Shown here: positions 26,388 through 32,000 of the stretch, one piece after another
Layout of the letters: every line of letters starts with the position of its first letter
How positions within the stretch are numbered: position 1 is the first letter of the stretch
Source: Candidatus Iainarchaeum sp.
Lineage (GTDB): Archaea > Iainarchaeota > Iainarchaeia > Iainarchaeales > 0-14-0-20-30-16
Direction of reading: 5' to 3'
NCBI GenBank assembly: GCA_028710695.1
Contig: JAQTTP010000001.1
Coordinates: forward strand, 150,001 to 182,000
DNA length: 32,000 nt
Made by a program: the position numbers and the translations under genes
Notes under the pieces: model-generated
Told to the model about the DNA's origin: nothing
Seen by the model: only the letters and a program-made list of their open reading frames with translations
Databases searched by the model: none

Positions 26388-26440
26388 ATATGACTTTATG
26401 GCAGATATTATTTATAAAGAAATACTTTCTTATTTTTTTT

Positions 26441-26992
26441 ATGAAGCCAAGAAAACCAGAGCGAGCAATAAGGGAACTGGGCGTAACAACAAAAGAACGA
26501 GCCAAAGAGGTCCATGGTCTTGCAGTAGAAGAATTAAGACGAAGAAATGGGGAACTTCTTGAGATGGTTCCCCGTAAAACACGAGTATACAAGAATGAAC
26601 ATCTTGGCCTTTGGCATATTGACCTGGCGGGCATTGGCGAAGCAATGGTTGAAAAAGATGAGCTCTATGGAGATCGTTTCCTTTTTGTATCTAGTTTTAA
26701 TGTTGGTGACCCTGGAAATGGGCATAGCGGCCTAAGAAAACAAAAACTTGGGTCTATATTATTAAATATTATTAAGGGGCTGGCAAAAAGAGAAAAAAAA
26801 CAAGCTGTTTTTTTGGTTTGTAAAGGCAAAGTAAGAGAATTTTATGAAAAAAATGGGTTTGTAAAATTTAAATCTGCCGGGTCAGATTCTGATGGTGCAG
26901 AATCACATGTAATGGTATTCTTTTTAGACGCAAAGTTGAAAGAATGGTTTAAGAAAGATCCGCGAGGCCTTATAGACGAAATTATAATTTAG
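26441..26992 (+). CDS. GNAT-like acetyltransferase
   Basis: GLRKQKLGSILLNIIKGLAKREKKQAVFLVCKGKVREFYEKNGFVKF. Confidence 0.75.
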   Translation: MKPRKPERAIRELGVTTKERAKEVHGLAVEELRRRNGELLEMVPRKTRVYKNEHLGLWHIDLAGIGEAMVEKDELYGDRFLFVSSFNVGDPGNGHSGLRKQKLGSILLNIIKGLAKREKKQAVFLVCKGKVREFYEKNGFVKFKSAGSDSDGAESHVMVFFLDAKLKEWFKKDPRGLIDEIII

Positions 26993-27020
26993 TAAAGAAT
27001 TTTAACCTTGCCGCTCATTT

Positions 27021-28229
27021 TTGTACATGCATTTTATAAAATACGGGCATCTTGTAAAATCAAAATTTGGGGTAATCCTTCTTGCAACCTTGATTTGGCT
27101 TGCAGCAGATAGAATGCTGGAATATGTAATGCCACTATATCTGGAAGGTATTGGGAAATCTTATTTTGAAATTGGTTTGCTTTTGTCATTGACTGCTTTG
27201 GGCGGACTTTTATTTGATTGGCCATTAGGAAATTTGTCTGATGCAACAAGTAGAAGAAAGATAATGTTTACAAGTGTGATTTTATCAATAATTGCTTCGG
27301 CCCTTATTTTTATATTTGAAATAAATTGGGTTTTGACAATATTGATTTTGGTTTGGAGTATTGCATACCAAATGTGGTGTGTTCCGCGTGATGCTTATCT
27401 TGCAGCACATACAGACCACAACAAAAGGTCAAGAGAATATGGCCTGTTTAATGAAGTTGTGGATATTGCGGAAACAATAGGTCCACTAATCTGTGGTGCT
27501 TTGCTTCTATATTTGGGTTATAGTGGGATAGTAAGTATTTATGCAGTGATGCTTGGAATTGCTGCTTTGATAATATTATTTTTCATTGCTGAAACAGACC
27601 ACCGGTCTATGCTTAAAGCAATTCCCCAAAGTTTTAAATTTTCTGCTTTTATAAGAGATTTAAAAGAGTTGAAGTATCTTGGTTCATTTGGATTATTGCT
27701 ATTATTTTATTCTTTTAGTTTCATGGCTTTAGATAATGTTATTTTCTTGTTTGAGCCACTTTTTTGTACATCTGGTGGGCTTGGTCTTTCACTTTCTCTC
27801 GCAGGTCTATTGATGGCATTCTTTTCAATACCTGGAATTCTATTTTCATATTTGTTTGGACTGATTGCAGATAAAATTGGAAAAAAGAAAGTGCTTTTTG
27901 CAGGAATGATTTGTATTGGTTTAAGTTTGATTCTTTTTGTGAGTACAAAAAATATTGTTTTACTATTTGCGTTTGCATCCTTATATTCAATAGGAGCGGC
28001 AATGTTCCTTCCATCTCTGAATGGGCTTATTGTTGACTTGTCATTTGGACATCAAAAAGGAAAAATTGTTGGGCTTTGGGATTCTTTTACAGATTTGGGA
28101 TATTTTATTGGTCCACTTATTGGCGGAATAATTGCGGAATTTTATGGCCTGAGGGAAGTATATATTTCTTTGGGAGTGTTTTTTATTGCTATAAGCCTAT
28201 TGATTTTTTTCTTTGTTAAAAGAAAGTAA
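27021..28229 (+). CDS. MFS transporter
   Basis: 12-TM profile with GNLSDATSRRKIMF and GLIADKIGKKKVLFAG loops. Confidence 0.93.
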   Translation: MYMHFIKYGHLVKSKFGVILLATLIWLAADRMLEYVMPLYLEGIGKSYFEIGLLLSLTALGGLLFDWPLGNLSDATSRRKIMFTSVILSIIASALIFIFEINWVLTILILVWSIAYQMWCVPRDAYLAAHTDHNKRSREYGLFNEVVDIAETIGPLICGALLLYLGYSGIVSIYAVMLGIAALIILFFIAETDHRSMLKAIPQSFKFSAFIRDLKELKYLGSFGLLLLFYSFSFMALDNVIFLFEPLFCTSGGLGLSLSLAGLLMAFFSIPGILFSYLFGLIADKIGKKKVLFAGMICIGLSLILFVSTKNIVLLFAFASLYSIGAAMFLPSLNGLIVDLSFGHQKGKIVGLWDSFTDLGYFIGPLIGGIIAEFYGLREVYISLGVFFIAISLLIFFFVKRK

Positions 28230-28328
28230 TATAAACTGCTTTCTTCTTTTTTTATTGTGATTTTATGGGCAAGAAAGCAATTTATAAATAAATTGTTTCA
28301 AGAACCATAAAATATATGGTGTGATTTT

Positions 28329-28406
28329 ATGGGCAAGATGTTGCTATACATATTAATACTAATTATTATTGTTCTTGTTGTTCTAATGTTAACTGGTGTT
28401 ATCTGA
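28329..28406 (+). CDS. 25-aa hydrophobic micropeptide
   Basis: MGKMLLYILILIIIVLVVLMLTGVI*, a single TM helix immediately upstream of the RuBisCO gene. Confidence 0.4.
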   Translation: MGKMLLYILILIIIVLVVLMLTGVI

Positions 28407-28425
28407 GAGGGTATGAGGGATTTCT

Positions 28426-29733
28426 ATGGCTGGAAAGATTGAATGGTATCATGAATTTGTGAATAAAAAATATAACCCCAAACCAAATGATGTTAAAGTA
28501 CTTTTTAAATACAAACCTGCAGAAGGTATGACTAAAGAAGAAGTAATTGGAAGGGTTGCTTCTGAGAGCTCGTCAGGAACCTGGACAACACTTGCCAATA
28601 GACCAAAGCTTTTGAAGAAGGTAATGGCTTATGGTTATGATTATGATAAAGACTATGTGAAAATAGCTTATCCAAGAATTTTATTTGAAGATGGCTCTGT
28701 TCCTTGTATGATGTCTGGAATAGCAGGAAATATTTTTGGGATGAAAGCAGTAGAAGGATTGAGACTGCAAGATGCAGAGCTTCCAATGGATTATGTTAAA
28801 GGTTTTAAAGGCCCCAAATTCGGACAAACTGCAATACAAAAAATCTTTAAGAGAAAGCACGGCCCAATAACTTCTGTTGTACCTAAACCGAAAGTGGGCT
28901 ATACTTCTAAAGAGCATGCTTATTTTGTTGCAAAGCAGGTTTGGAGTGGTGGAATTGATTGTGTTAAAGATGACGAGAATTTAACAAATCAAAAGTTTAA
29001 CAAATTTGCAGATAGGGTGAAATATCTTGCAAAGGTTAGGGACCAAGTAATGAAAGATACAGGGGATATCAAAGATGCTTTCATTAACTGTACTTCTCCA
29101 ACTCTAAAAGAAATGGAAAAAAGAGTAAAAATGGTTCATGATTATGGATTTAATTATTTTATGTTGGATTTAGTAGTGGGCGGTTTTACTGCTGTTGGAA
29201 CTGCAGTGGAATTGAGCTATGACTATAAAATGGCAATACATGGACACAGAGCTATGCACGCGGCCTTTACAAAAAATCCAGATCACGGAATTTCAATGCT
29301 TTTCTTAGCAAAGCTTTACAGGCTTATGGGTGTGGATAATATTCACACAGGTACTGTTGTTGGAAAGCTTGACGGCAATGAAAAAGAGATAATGGCAATG
29401 AAAGATATGATTATGGAGCCAAAGGTTGATGAAATAAAAAACATAAGGCTGGCTCAGAAATGGGGCAAGATAAAACCATCATTACCAATATCTTCCGGGG
29501 GTTTACATCCTGGATTGATTCCTGCGGTTTTTGATGTTTATGGGACAATGAACATAGGTCTACAATTAGGTGGTGGAACACAAGGCCATCCAGATGGAAT
29601 TGAGGCAGGGTCTAGAGCAATGATGCAAGCAATAGAGGCTCACAGACAAGGAATAGAATTGAAAGATTATGCTAAGAACCACAAAGAATTAGCAAGAGCA
29701 TTAGAGAAATGGGGTGTCATGAAGCCTATTTAG
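28426..29733 (+). CDS. rbcL: RuBisCO large subunit, form III type
   Basis: VVPKPKVGYTSKEHA; GGIDCVKDDENLTNQKFN; IHGHRAMHAAFT; HTGTVVGKLDG; PISSGGLHPGLIP; QLGGGTQGHPDG. Confidence 0.96.
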   Translation: MAGKIEWYHEFVNKKYNPKPNDVKVLFKYKPAEGMTKEEVIGRVASESSSGTWTTLANRPKLLKKVMAYGYDYDKDYVKIAYPRILFEDGSVPCMMSGIAGNIFGMKAVEGLRLQDAELPMDYVKGFKGPKFGQTAIQKIFKRKHGPITSVVPKPKVGYTSKEHAYFVAKQVWSGGIDCVKDDENLTNQKFNKFADRVKYLAKVRDQVMKDTGDIKDAFINCTSPTLKEMEKRVKMVHDYGFNYFMLDLVVGGFTAVGTAVELSYDYKMAIHGHRAMHAAFTKNPDHGISMLFLAKLYRLMGVDNIHTGTVVGKLDGNEKEIMAMKDMIMEPKVDEIKNIRLAQKWGKIKPSLPISSGGLHPGLIPAVFDVYGTMNIGLQLGGGTQGHPDGIEAGSRAMMQAIEAHRQGIELKDYAKNHKELARALEKWGVMKPI

Positions 29734-29811
29734 TTTGCACTAAATAGCTTCAGGGCTCAAAACTTTTTAGCTAAAAAGTTTTTCACTATGAAGCCGATGT
29801 AATCTTTTTAT

Positions 29812-30804
29812 CTATCTGGACACGGCTTTGCCTTGTTCAGCCCTTTTTTTCCAATATCTTAATCTAGCATCTACTTGATCTGGAGTAACAGTTCTACCTA
29901 AGGCATTTGAAATTTGCGCAGGTTTAAGGCCTTTCTGCGCCAATTCTCTAATAATTTTATTTTGCCTTTCGATTTCTGCAAGAGAATGTTGTGTTGGGCC
30001 CCGTGGTCTGTTTGGAAGTTGTTGCCTTTCAGTTGATCTGGCTCTTACCCTCATTATAACACTTACTCTGTCAAATCTAAACTTAAAGCCGCTCTTTTCT
30101 AGTTCGGCATTTAATTTTCTCGCAATATCATCTAATTTTGTTCCCTTTAAATATTCTGAAAGAATCAAAGCATTTTGTTTTTTTAATTCTCCGATTGAAA
30201 AAGAACTCCCTGGAAAAGGTCTTAAGTCTTTTATGTGTTGTGGGACTTCAGATAAATAGTTTACTATTGATGTTATGCTCATGCCAAGTAACTCAGCAAG
30301 GTCCTCATTTGAGAGCCTAGGATCTTCTTTTACTAATCTGGCAACTTCTGCAATCTTTGGGTTTACTGGGTCTTGTTTATGTAAAGAATATTCCGCATCC
30401 CAATATTTTCTTACTGCTTCTAGATCAGCATCTAACAGCATTTTTCCAGTTTCTCCAGAATATTGTGGAAGACTTAAAACATCACTTATTTGTGCCCCAG
30501 CATCTAGCCGTTCTTTAAGATCGTGCCGTCTTGTAATATTTTCTTCTCTTTGCCCTACTATTGCTGCTCTTTTTCCAACTGGCACATGAAGGCCTTCTCT
30601 TTCTAAATCCAACAATATTTTCCCTGCTTTTCCATATGAAAAGCCATGTTCTTGAACTAATTCTGTTGCTGTTACGGACCCATGTTTTTTAATGATGTCT
30701 AATGCTCGTTTTCTTTCTGTTCGATAATCTTTTATTTGTTGTTTTCGTTCTTGCCCGTATTTCTTTCTCCAACCGGTTCTTATTTTCATGTAAAAAATAG
30801 GCAA
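29812..30804 (-). CDS. Multi-HTH DNA-binding protein
   Basis: At least three HTH-like segments: GSVTATELVQEHGFSYGKAGKIL, LSNEDLAELLGMSITSIVNYL, LKPAQISNALGRTVTPDQVDARL. Possible start ATG 30789. Confidence 0.6.
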   Translation of the reverse strand: MPIFYMKIRTGWRKKYGQERKQQIKDYRTERKRALDIIKKHGSVTATELVQEHGFSYGKAGKILLDLEREGLHVPVGKRAAIVGQREENITRRHDLKERLDAGAQISDVLSLPQYSGETGKMLLDADLEAVRKYWDAEYSLHKQDPVNPKIAEVARLVKEDPRLSNEDLAELLGMSITSIVNYLSEVPQHIKDLRPFPGSSFSIGELKKQNALILSEYLKGTKLDDIARKLNAELEKSGFKFRFDRVSVIMRVRARSTERQQLPNRPRGPTQHSLAEIERQNKIIRELAQKGLKPAQISNALGRTVTPDQVDARLRYWKKRAEQGKAVSR

Positions 30805-30831
30805 AAGAAGTATAAAAAGCTATTGTGTAGG

Positions 30832-31617
30832 CTACTTTTTAGACTTGCTGTTCCAAAGGGCATAGAAATAGTCTCTGTGTGTTTGCGCCATTTCTTTGCT
30901 GTGTATCATAAAAGCAATAATATTTTCTTTTGATACTAACTTTAGAACTACTTTGTCCCCATATATCCAAACAGTTTGAGGATTGGTAAAAGTTTTTGGA
31001 AGATATTTTACAGAAACAAATTTTTCGGTTATTAATTTTTTGTAATATTTTTTCCCAGTCTCTGTTGGTGTCACTAGAACTTTTCTATGGATTTTTTTGT
31101 TAATTCTCTTTTTATTAAATATATCTAAATATATTGGATAAAGATCTGGCGCATTTCCTGATGACCCAATAGTAAGCCATTCTTTTCCAGTGTTTATTAT
31201 ATCGTCAAAGATTGCTTTTATTCCTTCTTTACCTTCATATGTTTCTGAAAATATGTTTGTTTTCTTTACTTTGTATTTTTCTTCTAAAGCAGAAATTTCA
31301 GTATCAATATTGTTATTATACTCCTCTAAAATGTGTTTAATTTTTTGTGGATTTGTTGCTATAAAATATTTTTTGTTTCCTTTAGAAAAATGAGACACTA
31401 AGCCTTTTTCTATTAACCTGTTTAAGGCATCATATGTCGCCCTTCTATGTAGATTTGTTTTTTTTGATATGTTTGTTGCAATGTCATTTTCTACAGCAAT
31501 TAAGTAATAATAACATTTTATTTCATTAGTAGTTAATCCTATTTGCTTAAGGCCTGAAAAATTATCCATATTGGTATTTATGTCCGAAAAGATTATATTT
31601 GTGGTGCTATTAAGCAC
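30832..31617 (-). CDS. TrmB family transcriptional regulator
   Basis: GLTTNEIKCYYYLIAVENDIATNISKKTNLHRRATYDALNRLIEKGLVSHFSKGNKKYFIATNPQKIKHIL. Likely start near 31569 (MDNFSG). Confidence 0.85.
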   Translation of the reverse strand: MLNSTTNIIFSDINTNMDNFSGLKQIGLTTNEIKCYYYLIAVENDIATNISKKTNLHRRATYDALNRLIEKGLVSHFSKGNKKYFIATNPQKIKHILEEYNNNIDTEISALEEKYKVKKTNIFSETYEGKEGIKAIFDDIINTGKEWLTIGSSGNAPDLYPIYLDIFNKKRINKKIHRKVLVTPTETGKKYYKKLITEKFVSVKYLPKTFTNPQTVWIYGDKVVLKLVSKENIIAFMIHSKEMAQTHRDYFYALWNSKSKK

Positions 31618-31656
31618 ACCATTAATATAAATAGGGGGTCATGTCAGAAAACTAGT

Positions 31657-32000
31657 ATGAAGAAATTGATTTGGATAGTTGGGCTATTATTGATTTTGGT
31701 GCTTGTTTTTGTAACATATTACTCTGTACAAAAAAATGCAATTACTGTGGGCGTAATAATCCCCCTTTCTGGCTCTGTTGCTGATTTGGGTTTACAGTCA
31801 AAAAACGGATTTGATCTTGCAATAAATGAGGGCATAGAATTTGAATTTATTTTTGAGGACTCTGTAGGAGACAAAACTGCAGCAATTAACGCTTATAATA
31901 AATTAGTATCTGCAGATAATGCAAAGATAATAATTTGTCAGTTGGGCGGGGTATGTGATGCTTTGGCAGACATTGCTAAAGATAATGATGTTATTCTGTT
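31657..32000 (+). CDS. Substrate-binding protein, branched-chain amino acid/Peripla_BP_6 type, truncated by window end
   Basis: MKKLIWIVGLLLILVLVFVTYYSVQKNAITVGVIIPLSGSVADLGLQSKNGFDLAINEG...FEDSVGDKTAAINAYNKLVSADNAKIII. Confidence 0.82.
   Translation, partial: MKKLIWIVGLLLILVLVFVTYYSVQKNAITVGVIIPLSGSVADLGLQSKNGFDLAINEGIEFEFIFEDSVGDKTAAINAYNKLVSADNAKIIICQLGGVCDALADIAKDNDVIL

Overview
AT-rich archaeal chromosomal segment. The small genome-style layout and divergent proteins suggest a DPANN-type lineage, but that is inference. It is dominated by information-processing genes. Main blocks: (1) cold-shock protein, small membrane and methyltransferase genes, tRNA-Thr(GGU), MscL, tRNA-Phe(GAA); (2) two short class III signal peptide (pilin-like) proteins; (3) the archaeal proteasome-exosome superoperon (psmA, SBDS, rrp4, rrp41, rrp42, eL43, rpoP, Brix protein, Pcc1-like, prefoldin beta) followed by a degenerate Bud32/kinase-like protein; (4) a ribosomal/translation cluster (eS19, eL39, eL31, aIF6, prefoldin alpha, FtsY, Trm56); (5) a HAD phosphatase plus nucleoside hydrolase pair, M20 peptidase, lysine 2,3-aminomutase, Nob1-like PIN protein, Fic protein, RNase Z, and a split NOP2/Sun rRNA/tRNA methyltransferase; (6) GNAT, MFS, form III RuBisCO, a multi-HTH protein, and a TrmB regulator divergent from a truncated substrate-binding protein. 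No CRISPR array, transposon, prophage or clear defence island is visible. The most interesting candidates are the kinase-like protein with a mutated catalytic Asp beside a KEOPS-like gene, an unknown protein with an internal duplication (24076-24960), a 52-aa Cys-rich protein missed by the ORF track, a frameshifted small HTH gene, and the RuBisCO locus with a repeated leader and a 25-aa membrane peptide.
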